64,000 nucleotides of DNA from NCBI GenBank assembly GCA_035532495.1, contig DATKQX010000082.1, forward strand, positions 4,399 to 68,398, written 5' to 3'. The notes beneath the pieces are model-generated. The model saw only the letters and a program-made list of their open reading frames with translations, did no database searches and was not told the origin of the DNA. Below are positions 29,881 through 37,720 of this stretch, one piece after another (position 1 is the stretch's first letter; every line of letters begins with the position of its first letter). The position numbers and the translations under genes were made by a program. The DNA is from Candidatus Saccharimonadales bacterium (GTDB lineage: Bacteria; Chloroflexota; Dormibacteria; Aeolococcales; Aeolococcaceae).

Positions 29881-31842
29881 CTACGTGATGTCGATGACGA
29901 GACGGGCGCCGGACAGGTAGTACGCATCGAAGGGTGCGTTCTTGCGCAGCGTTATCTTGAAGACCAGCCGGTTGGTATTGCGCGCCATGGGCAGCGGCGT
30001 CACGGACACGACCACCTGACCGGGCGGCATCGACTGGATCGGCGACGTCCCCACGACGCCGGTGAACTCGACGTACAGCGTGGTCGGACCGTCGTAGCCG
30101 ATGACGGTCGTCGGCGCGCCGGTGACCGTGCTGGGGAACGCGAGATCGAAGACGAGACGGAAGTCATTCGGGTGCTGGCCGATACGCAGGTCGGCAACCG
30201 AGAAGCCACTTGACCCGGTGCCGATGGTGTGACTCCCGGTGAGCTGCCCCGGTGCGGGCGCCGCCGGACCCGTCGCCACCGCCGGGGCCGGGGTTGCAAC
30301 CGGGAGCGGCGCGACCGTCGGAACCGCGGTGGCTTGCGCGGTGGGATGGGGCCTCGTGGCATGCGCAGCTGCATGCGGGGCCGTCTGCGTCACGGTCCTG
30401 CCGATCAGCAGCCCGAGCACCAGGATCACCGCGGTCACCGCAGCGAAGATCCAGAGCCCGCGATCCCGATCTGCAGCCGCCACCGCGGGACCGCCGATGG
30501 GGAGCACGTGCCGGCCCGTCCTGGGCTGCGCCGGATTCCAGGAACGCCGGTCCGACGTCTGCGACTTCAGCCGTCGAACGTGTCGACCCGGCATGGCCGG
30601 CGCCGACGGGGCCGGCGGCTGGGTGTCATGACGGAAGGCGTCGGGGGAGACCATCGCATCGACGGCTGCCAGCTGCTCGCCCGGGATATCCGCGTCCATC
30701 GGCTCATCGACGAGCTCTGGCAACTTCTCGGGAATCGCGAGCGGCGCCACCATCGGCCCCTTGTGGCCGTTGCGGACGGGCTTGACGCGGGCGGGCGAGG
30801 GTGTGCTGCTGCGGCCGAGTGGGGCGGCAAGGGAGGCCACTTCGCCCAGGACGTCGGCAAGCTCGGGAGTGGCCAGTTCAGCGGCGGACGGCTCGCTGAC
30901 AGCGGCCTCGTCGGTCGCCGGCTCACGCGCCGTCTTCGCGACGGGTGCCTGCCGGTCCAGGGCCGGTGCTGCGGTTTCCGGCTCCGGCACCGGCTGCACG
31001 ACCGGCGGTGGCACCGGCTGCTCGAGCGCAGGGGGCTCCGGTGCGACGACGACGGGCGGGCTCTCGCTCCATGCCTTGGGATGCGCGCGCTGGTTCCAGG
31101 ATGGCGCGCCTGCGCCGCTGACGATTTCCACGTTCGACTCGAGGTGCGAGCCGGCGCCACGCCAGAGCGCGAACCGGACCGCGACCGCGTCGCGCATCCG
31201 CTGGAACGCGTTGGGCGCGCCTCCGGTGTGCGGTTGTGGTGGCTGCCGCTCCGCGTCGCCGATCGCCGGGGGCTGTGGCCCTGCGACGACGTCAGGCGGT
31301 TGGGGCGACGCGACGAGTGCCTCGGGCGCTCGCGGCATCTCCATCACCGGTTTCAGGAGGGCTTGCACCGGCGGCGGAGCCGGCATGGTCGAGGTGACGA
31401 TCTGATCCATCGGCTCTTCCCAGAGAAAGAGCTCAGGCGGCTCCGCCACAGCGACTCTCGGCGTCCGTCCGCCGATGAGTTCCCGCCGTTCGCTGCGGTT
31501 CGACTCGTAGCCGCCGCGAGGAGCCCACGGCAACGCCCTGCCTCGCTCGGCACTGAACCACGGCGGGGCCTCCACCGTCGTCGGGCGGTCGCGGTGCGGC
31601 GGACCCACAGGGAGTGCGTCGCCTTCCTCGATCAGGCCGATCTGGCTGAAGAGCTCCTGGACCGCGCCATCGGGAATGTGGACGCGGGCAAGGGCGCCGA
31701 TCCGTTCGGATTCCTCGCGAAGGTGTTCGATGGCGGTCCTGCAGCGATCGCAGGCGAGGAGATGTGCCTCGAGCTCGCCCGTTTGCGCAACCTCGAGCTC
31801 AGCGTCGAGATAGCTGCTCAGCGCGAGGAGGCTGCACCTCAT
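29881..31842 (-). CDS. anti-sigma factor (zf-HC2 N-terminus, TM, AMIN-like C-terminal domain)
   Basis: ATG 31842 overlaps the sigma gene stop (ATGA). The N-terminus has H-x3-C-x2-C (EAHLLACDRCRT). A Pro/Ala-rich region of about 400 aa follows, then one TM helix (LWIFAAVTAVILVLGLLIG) and a C-terminal beta domain with RLVFDL...LYVEFTGV...RLVIDI. Confidence 0.75.
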   Translation of the reverse strand: MRCSLLALSSYLDAELEVAQTGELEAHLLACDRCRTAIEHLREESERIGALARVHIPDGAVQELFSQIGLIEEGDALPVGPPHRDRPTTVEAPPWFSAERGRALPWAPRGGYESNRSERRELIGGRTPRVAVAEPPELFLWEEPMDQIVTSTMPAPPPVQALLKPVMEMPRAPEALVASPQPPDVVAGPQPPAIGDAERQPPQPHTGGAPNAFQRMRDAVAVRFALWRGAGSHLESNVEIVSGAGAPSWNQRAHPKAWSESPPVVVAPEPPALEQPVPPPVVQPVPEPETAAPALDRQAPVAKTAREPATDEAAVSEPSAAELATPELADVLGEVASLAAPLGRSSTPSPARVKPVRNGHKGPMVAPLAIPEKLPELVDEPMDADIPGEQLAAVDAMVSPDAFRHDTQPPAPSAPAMPGRHVRRLKSQTSDRRSWNPAQPRTGRHVLPIGGPAVAAADRDRGLWIFAAVTAVILVLGLLIGRTVTQTAPHAAAHATRPHPTAQATAVPTVAPLPVATPAPAVATGPAAPAPGQLTGSHTIGTGSSGFSVADLRIGQHPNDFRLVFDLAFPSTVTGAPTTVIGYDGPTTLYVEFTGVVGTSPIQSMPPGQVVVSVTPLPMARNTNRLVFKITLRKNAPFDAYYLSGARLVIDIT

Positions 31843-32360
31843 AGCGCGATCTCGCGGTAAATCGAGCCGAACTCGCGGCGCGCCGCCGCCACCAGGCGTG
31901 CTGCTGCTTCCGGCGAGCATTCAAGCGCGCGTGCCATCTCGTGGTAGTCGAGACCGCAGAGGTCACGCAGCAGCAGCGCCGCGCGACGATCGAAACCGAG
32001 CATTGCCATGGCGCGCTTGACGGTGTTGATCCGGCCGGCGTCGACGGTGTCGACCTCGACCTGTACGGAGGTGACGCTGCGCCGGAACATGCGACCGATG
32101 CCGGCGGGCCTCGGTGGGAAGCGCTGGCCGTGCCGGCACGCACGCGTCACGGCCCGGTAGAGGGCGGCTCGCCCGTCGACGCGAAGGCGCGTGGGTGGGT
32201 AACGGCTCGCGTGGTGGATGCCGCCGGCGACGAATGCCACCGCATCAGCCTGATGGTTGACCAGGTGCGTGGCGTACGTGACTAGATCATCGAGCTGCTC
32301 GCGTACGGTTGCGGCAAGCTCGCGCGCCTCGGGAGCGATATGTGCTGAGACGTTGATCAT
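31839..32360 (-). CDS. divergent ECF-like RNA polymerase sigma factor
   Basis: Region-4 HTH RAALLLRDLCGLDYHEMARALECSPEAAARLVAAARREF. Region 2 is atypical. Upstream on the minus strand lie TTGACC, 18 nt, TATTCT. Confidence 0.65.
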   Translation of the reverse strand: MINVSAHIAPEARELAATVREQLDDLVTYATHLVNHQADAVAFVAGGIHHASRYPPTRLRVDGRAALYRAVTRACRHGQRFPPRPAGIGRMFRRSVTSVQVEVDTVDAGRINTVKRAMAMLGFDRRAALLLRDLCGLDYHEMARALECSPEAAARLVAAARREFGSIYREIAL

Positions 32361-32432
32361 GACGTTTGCGCTGACGGCGCGAGTAAGACGGTTGAAGAAT
32401 ACTGTGGAGTCCGCCCTGCGGTCAAGGGGAGA

Positions 32433-33170
32433 TCAGGACGAAGTGTGCACCAACTGCCCCCCTTTGACGCCCGGAGGCTGGATGAGACCGGCTCGCTTCC
32501 ATGCGGCGGCCGGCATACCGATGTCGGCGACCCATACCGCGCCCGCGTAGGCGGAGGCGCCGCTGCTTTGCAGACCCCGCTTCATTCCTGTCAGCGTGCA
32601 TGTGAGCGTGGCGCGGACGCAGGGATCGAAGGCTTCGCCGCTGGTTGCGTCGAGACCGCTCGGGACATCGACACTCAGTATCGGACGGCCGGCGCAGTTG
32701 AGAACGCGGATCGCACGTGCCTGGGGATCGCGCGGCGCGCTGCGCAGTCCGGTGCCGAGCACTGCGTCGATGAGCAGCGCAGCGCCGGCGACCACCGCGA
32801 TCGCCTCCGGATCCGTGGCGATGCGCACGTCCACGCCGCATGCGCGCGCCGCGGCGACATGATCGAGAACGACTCCCCTGACACGCGACTCCTCGGCAAC
32901 CACCACGGCTTGCACAGAGCATCCCCAGGTCGCAAGGTGGCGCGCAGCGACGAGGCCGTCCCCACCGTTGTTGCCATGTCCGGCGACAACGCCGATATCG
33001 TTCGGGCGGTTGCCAAGGTGGCGCCACGCGCAGCGCGCGACCTGCCAGCCCGCCAGCTCCATGAGCTGCAGCGTGGTCACACCGCATTCGAGCGCCGCAG
33101 CGTCGAGGCGGGCCACCTGCTCCGAGGTGAGCTGCCCGAGCGCATCCGGGCTGTCGATGCCTTCGGTCAT
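32433..33170 (-). CDS. nnrE: NAD(P)H-hydrate epimerase (YjeF N-terminal domain)
   Basis: GVVAGHGNNGGDGLVAARHL and LIDAVLGTGL...SVDVPSGLD motifs. Confidence 0.8.
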   Translation of the reverse strand: MTEGIDSPDALGQLTSEQVARLDAAALECGVTTLQLMELAGWQVARCAWRHLGNRPNDIGVVAGHGNNGGDGLVAARHLATWGCSVQAVVVAEESRVRGVVLDHVAAARACGVDVRIATDPEAIAVVAGAALLIDAVLGTGLRSAPRDPQARAIRVLNCAGRPILSVDVPSGLDATSGEAFDPCVRATLTCTLTGMKRGLQSSGASAYAGAVWVADIGMPAAAWKRAGLIQPPGVKGGQLVHTSS

Positions 33171-33934
33171 GCGAGTTCCACGATGACGGTGTCGCCGAGT
33201 TTCGGGCCGCCGACGGCCGCCACCGGCACGCCGTGCGCAGCCACCTCGATGTGACCGGCGCCGCCGATCAGCGCCGCGGCGCCCTGATGGATCTCGGCGT
33301 ACGTCGTGACGAGACCGGCGCAGGCGCCCCCCTGCCAGCTCACTGAGCGCACGGTCGCCGGACCGATGTCTGCATTCCGGATGGTGGTGACCGCATTGCC
33401 GAAGTGATCGACGACACAGACGCGCCCACGGAGCCCCGTTCCCATGCGCTCCGCGAAGGCTTCGATCAGAACGATCGGGTCGTCGATGGCGTCACCGGCG
33501 GTGTCGAGCCGCCCTCCCGAGGCCAGCTGGGCGGCGGCTGGCGCGAAGACGTCGCGGCCATGGAAGGTGCATGAGGCGTCGAGCGGGACCTCGAGGGCGA
33601 CCGCGCTTCGGAGCGACGCCGCTTCGTCCCAGAGATAGGAGATCAGCCCGTTGTCGGGCGCCACGCAACGGATCCTGCCGACGTCGATCGCGATCGCCCT
33701 TCGGTCGGTGCCGACGCCGGGATCGACCACGGCGCAGAAGACGGCACCTTCGGAGAAGGCAAGCGCAAGCGCCTTCAGGTGGTACGCCCCCGCGAGCACA
33801 TCCCCGGGTGGGATGCCGTGCGTGCCGTCGACGCAGAGCGCGTGGGGATCGACACGCCAGGCGGCGCCGGTCAGCGACGCCGCATAGGAGTCGTCGCGGC
33901 CGTAGTCGGTGACAAAGACGATCGGCTGCCGCAC
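33167..33934 (-). CDS. SAM hydroxide adenosyltransferase / SAM hydrolase (DUF62) family protein
   Basis: IVFVTDYGRDDSYAASLTG...VVDPGVGTDRRAIA...APDNGLISY. GTG 33934 gives a typical 255-aa length. Overlaps nnrE by 4 nt. Confidence 0.8.
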   Translation of the reverse strand: MRQPIVFVTDYGRDDSYAASLTGAAWRVDPHALCVDGTHGIPPGDVLAGAYHLKALALAFSEGAVFCAVVDPGVGTDRRAIAIDVGRIRCVAPDNGLISYLWDEAASLRSAVALEVPLDASCTFHGRDVFAPAAAQLASGGRLDTAGDAIDDPIVLIEAFAERMGTGLRGRVCVVDHFGNAVTTIRNADIGPATVRSVSWQGGACAGLVTTYAEIHQGAAALIGGAGHIEVAAHGVPVAAVGGPKLGDTVIVELA

Positions 33935-33958
33935 GGCATTCGGTACCGTAGCAGTGCC

Positions 33959-34357
33959 GTGGAGACTCCGCAGACAGCCCCCGAGCAGGCGCCGCGGGAT
34001 GAGGCGATCCGGACGGATGCTCCGGTGCGGAAGCAGCGTCCCGTGTGGAGCGTGCCGGTGCTGGTGGTTTCCATCATCGCGATCCTGGCCCTGTTCGTCG
34101 TCGGATTTACCGGTCTCTTCGCCAACCCCGTGAAGTCGGTGAACGGCGACGGCACCACGACGCTGTCCGGAACCTTCGAGCCGTACGTATGCAACAGCAC
34201 GTCCTGTGATGGCTACGTGTCTGCCGGTGCGCGAAGCGTCTTCGTCGTGTTCCCGCAGCATTGCGCGCCACCCCAACGCGGCGCGAACATCACCGTCGAC
34301 GGCCGACTGGCGCCCGACCTCGGCAGCGCGTCGTACCGCGCCGCCGCGTGCGCCTGA
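33959..34357 (+). CDS. membrane-anchored hypothetical protein
   Basis: GTG 33959. One TM helix (VLVVSIIAILALFVVGFTGLF) and then a Cys-containing domain of about 85 aa. The start is uncertain. Confidence 0.45.
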   Translation: METPQTAPEQAPRDEAIRTDAPVRKQRPVWSVPVLVVSIIAILALFVVGFTGLFANPVKSVNGDGTTTLSGTFEPYVCNSTSCDGYVSAGARSVFVVFPQHCAPPQRGANITVDGRLAPDLGSASYRAAACA

Positions 34358-34400
34358 GCATTACTCGCGGCGCCAGGGCGTCGACCGGCCCGAAGGGTCC

Positions 34401-34946
34401 CTAGGCGGCGGCTGCGATCCGCGCGAGACGCCAGCCGCGATGGGCGACGGTCCAACCGCCGTCGGCGACCTCGTGCTGCTCGTCATCGGCACTCGCGTCG
34501 CCACCTGGATCGCGCTCGAACGTCCAGTCCTGGGTTTCGGGCGCGGCATCTCCGATGATCGCGAACCGGACCACCGCGCGTTCGACCCCGCCGACGACTG
34601 TCGCGGCAGTGACCTCTGCCGACGAGATGTCCGCATCGAGCGACGGCGCTCCCTGAGTCTTCGCATCCTGCATGACCCTGAACGTGTCCCGTGCGATCAG
34701 CAGGAAAGCGTCCGCGCTGAATTCCGGATCCACCTCGGTGACTGCAGTGAGATCGAGACCCGGGACTACCTCCTCGCCGCGCTCGTGGAACTCGCGATCG
34801 AAGTCGGTGAGCATCCTGTCGTCGATCGCGTCCAGCTGCTCCTCGGCGACTTCACGTTTGGCAAGCCGGCTCCCGATCCCTGTGACGTGCAGGAAACCTT
34901 CGCCAACGGACTCCTCGAAGGAATGGCCGGGCGCGACGTTGCTCAT
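34401..34946 (-). CDS. hypothetical acidic protein (Tim44/SnoaL-like fold suspected)
   Basis: 181-aa ORF with good GC3. The C-terminal W..AHRGWRLARI is reminiscent of Tim44-like domains. The family call is weak. Confidence 0.5.
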   Translation of the reverse strand: MSNVAPGHSFEESVGEGFLHVTGIGSRLAKREVAEEQLDAIDDRMLTDFDREFHERGEEVVPGLDLTAVTEVDPEFSADAFLLIARDTFRVMQDAKTQGAPSLDADISSAEVTAATVVGGVERAVVRFAIIGDAAPETQDWTFERDPGGDASADDEQHEVADGGWTVAHRGWRLARIAAAA

Positions 34947-35070
34947 TGAGATACCTCGATTGGGGTGGGCGGACCGAATCTAGCCGCTCTGCCGTCGCGG
35001 CGATCCGTCTGTCGCCGGGTTGTTGCGGATCGTTGATCCGGTCATACAAACGCCCGCCCCCGTCACGGGC

Positions 35071-35101
35071 AAAAAGAAAGAGCGGCCGAGGCTCTCGCCC
35101 G
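35071..35101 (-). terminator. intrinsic terminator downstream of groEL
   Basis: The minus-strand RNA reads CGGGCGAG-AGC-CUCGGCCG (7 bp plus one mismatch) followed by CUCUUUCUUUUU. It lies about 30 nt after the groEL stop. Confidence 0.55.
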
Positions 35102-35133
35102 GACCGCCCTTTCGAGATTCGATCAGTTGCTGA

Positions 35134-36744
35134 TCAGTACTCCGGCATCGGCGGAGCCGCCGACCCGCCCTTCTTCTCAGGGATGTCGGTGATCAGCGCC
35201 TCGGTGGTGAGCAGCAGCGCGGCGATCGACGCCGCGTTCTGGACAGCCGACCGGGTGACCTTGGTGGGGTCGATGATCCCGGCCTTGACCATGTCAACGT
35301 ACTCGCCCTTCGCGGCGTCAAAGCCCTGACCCTTGGGAAGGGACTTGACCTTGTCGACCACGACGGAGCCTTCCATACCGGCGTTCTGCGCGATCTGGCG
35401 GAGGGGCTCTTCGAGCGCACGGCGGAGGATGTTGACGCCGGTGAGCACATCGCCCTCGGCCTTCACGCTGTCGAGTGCGGGGATCGCGTTCACGAGCACG
35501 ACCCCACCACCGGGCACGATGCCCTCTTCGACGGCTGCGCGCGTGGCGGACACGGCGTCCTCCATGCGGTGCTTCTTCTCCTTGAGCTCGGTCTCGGTCG
35601 GAGCGCCGACCTTGATCACGGCAACGCCACCGCTGAGCTTCGCGAGACGCTCCTGGAGCTTCTCCTTGTCCCAGTCGCTGGTGGACTTGTCGATCTCGGC
35701 CTTGATCTGCTCGATGCGGCCCTTGATCGCGTCCTTGCTGCCGTTACCCTCGACGACCGTGGTGTCGTCCTTGGTGATGCTCACGCTGCGGGCGCGGCCC
35801 AGCGAGGTGAGTTGCGCGGAGTCGAGCTTGAGGCCGACCTCCTCGCTGATGACCTGGCCGCCGGTGAGGATCGCGATGTCCTGCAGCATCGCCTTGCGAC
35901 GATCACCGAATCCTGGGGCCTTCACCGCGACTGCGTTGAAGGTGCCGCGGAGCTTGTTGACGATGAGGGTGGCAAGGGCCTCGCCCTCGACGTCCTCGGC
36001 GATCACCACGAGCGGCTTGCCACTCTGGACGACCTTCTCGAGGATCGGGAGGAGATCCGCGATCGCGGAGATCTTCTTGTCGGTGATAAGGATGTAGGGG
36101 TCCTCGAGCACGGCCTCCATGCGCTGGGCATTGGTGACCATGTACGCGGAAATGTAGCCCTTGTCGAACTGCATGCCCTCGACGAGCTCCAGTTCGGTCT
36201 CCAGGCCCTTCGACTCCTCGACGGTGATGACGCCGTCCTTGCCGACCTTCTCCATCGCATCTGCGACGGTCTCGCCGATCGTGGGATCAGCGGCGGAGAT
36301 CGACGCGACCTGCGCGATCTTCTCGCGCTCGGAGATCGGGATCGACTGCTCCTTGATGGCTTTGACGATCGCCTCGACGCCGAGCTCGATGCCCTTCTTG
36401 AGCTGGATCGGGTTGGCGCCGGCGGCCACGTTCTGCAGGCCGGCTGCGATCAGCGCCTGCGCAAGAACGGTGGCGGTGGTGGTCCCATCACCGGCAATGT
36501 CGTTGGTCTTGCTCGCCACTTCCTTGACCAGCTGGGCGCCCATGTTCTCGAAGGGCTCCTCGAGCTCGATCTCCTTGGCGATCGTGACTCCATCGTTGGT
36601 GATGGTCGGCGAGCCGAACTTCTTGTCCAGCACGACGTTCCGGCCCTTGGGGCCGATGGTGATCTTCACGGCGTCCGCGACCCGATCGACCCCTCGTTTG
36701 AGATGGGCGCGAGCCTCGACGTCGAACAGCAATTGCTTGGCCAT
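35134..36744 (-). CDS. groEL: chaperonin GroEL (stand-alone, no adjacent groES)
   Basis: 536 aa. [39 protein letters not shown]...[14 protein letters not shown] and a C-terminal Gly/Pro/Met tail. AGGAGG lies upstream of the ATG. Confidence 0.97.
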   Translation of the reverse strand: MAKQLLFDVEARAHLKRGVDRVADAVKITIGPKGRNVVLDKKFGSPTITNDGVTIAKEIELEEPFENMGAQLVKEVASKTNDIAGDGTTTATVLAQALIAAGLQNVAAGANPIQLKKGIELGVEAIVKAIKEQSIPISEREKIAQVASISAADPTIGETVADAMEKVGKDGVITVEESKGLETELELVEGMQFDKGYISAYMVTNAQRMEAVLEDPYILITDKKISAIADLLPILEKVVQSGKPLVVIAEDVEGEALATLIVNKLRGTFNAVAVKAPGFGDRRKAMLQDIAILTGGQVISEEVGLKLDSAQLTSLGRARSVSITKDDTTVVEGNGSKDAIKGRIEQIKAEIDKSTSDWDKEKLQERLAKLSGGVAVIKVGAPTETELKEKKHRMEDAVSATRAAVEEGIVPGGGVVLVNAIPALDSVKAEGDVLTGVNILRRALEEPLRQIAQNAGMEGSVVVDKVKSLPKGQGFDAAKGEYVDMVKAGIIDPTKVTRSAVQNAASIAALLLTTEALITDIPEKKGGSAAPPMPEY

Positions 36745-36789
36745 GGTTCCTCCTGGTATGTCCTCTAGCCTTGGGTTCCAGGGGTTAGT

Positions 36790-36839
36790 TTAGCACTCGG
36801 CTCGGCAGACTGCTAGCGGGTGGCGGCGGCGAGTGCTAA
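36790..36839. promoter_or_regulatory. CIRCE (HrcA operator) with atypical geometry
   Basis: TTAGCACTC sits at 36790-36798. After 9 nt comes GACTGCTAG (36808-36816, 7/9 match to GAGTGCTAA). A perfect GAGTGCTAA follows at 36831-36839, giving a 32-nt spacing. The element lies 46-95 nt upstream of groEL. Confidence 0.8.
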
Positions 36840-36901
36840 GGCGCTGGGGCACGCGGAGCGACAATGGAGTCAGCAGCCGTGGCCGCTACCGTCTCGTCAG
36901 C

Positions 36902-37324
36902 GTGACGTCTTCCGTGATCCGATACGGAGAACTGCCAGGCGTGCCGGTGGGTTCTGTCTTTTCAAGCCGACAAGCGCCTCGGGAAGCCGGCATGCATCGG
37001 CCTCTTCAGGCCGGCATCGACTTCGCCGCCGGCCAGGCCGCGTCGTCAGTCGTCATGTCCGGTGTCTACCCAGATGACGATCAAGGCGATGTCGTCATCT
37101 ACACAGGTCAGGGTGGGCTCCAGCCCGGAACGTCCAGGGCGATCGCGGATCAGAAGCCGATTCTCGGAAACGCGGGTTTGATTCGCTCCCGACACTTTGG
37201 CGTTCCGGTTCGGCTTGTCCGCAAGGTCGGGCTCACCGTGCAGCGTGAACGGCGCGCATCCCGATGGCGCGTTGCCCGCGGGCGCCTGCGGCACATGGCT
37301 GTCGCGGTCTTCGAGGAGGTCGAG
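36902..37324 (+). pseudogene. SRA/YDG (5-methylcytosine-reader) domain ORF, apparently truncated with no effector domain
   Basis: From GTG 36902: IRYGELPGVPVGSVFSSRQAPREAGMHRPLQAGIDF...SVVMSGVYPDDDQGDVVIYTGQGG...DQKPILGNAGLIRSRHFGVPVRLVRK matches SRA motif blocks 1-2. The YDG-type third block is absent. The frame has no stop until 37789, but beyond about 37325 it is antisense to a better-supported minus-strand gene. About one third of third positions are A/T (hand count over roughly 108 codons). Confidence 0.55.
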
Positions 37325-37720
37325 TCACATCTTGACCTTGCCGCGCAGACGCTCCACTGCCTCCGCAAGGTCCCACACCGTCTCGAGCGCACGGTTCAAC
37401 TCGGACGCCGTCGGCGGCAACTCATAGACGCGATGGTGGCAGGCACTGGAAAGGGAGTTCCACGTCAGCATCGCGCGCCCGCCCAGCTCTCGGTCGTTGA
37501 GCATGTCGCCGACGCACAGCAATTGACAGCGCGTCGAGGTTCGTTCCAGCCCGGGTGCGGTGGCCTGCCACAGCCGCACCATGGCAAGCTCCAGCCCCTG
37601 GCGCGCAAGCAGTGCCGCGGCTCGAGGCCACAGCCCTGCGGTCGTCGCATCGTCATCACGGATAAGATCACGCGCTGCGGACACGAGCGCATGCGCGTCC
37701 ACCACCGGCGCACCACGCAT
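37325..37720 (-). CDS. 131-aa all-helical protein, putative paralog of the ATPase C-terminal domain (HEPN/DUF4145-like features)
   Basis: Its ATG shares one nt with the ATPase stop (TGATG). Minus-frame third positions are much more G/C-rich than the overlapping plus frame. Motifs R40-Q-G-L-E44 and ACHH (94-96). Confidence 0.7.
   Translation of the reverse strand: MRGAPVVDAHALVSAARDLIRDDDATTAGLWPRAAALLARQGLELAMVRLWQATAPGLERTSTRCQLLCVGDMLNDRELGGRAMLTWNSLSSACHHRVYELPPTASELNRALETVWDLAEAVERLRGKVKM

Noticed and set aside
36745-36901. groES expected upstream of groEL.
   Set aside because: The region holds only the ribosome-binding site, CIRCE and promoter DNA. No 100-aa co-chaperonin ORF is present, so this is a groEL2-type stand-alone copy.
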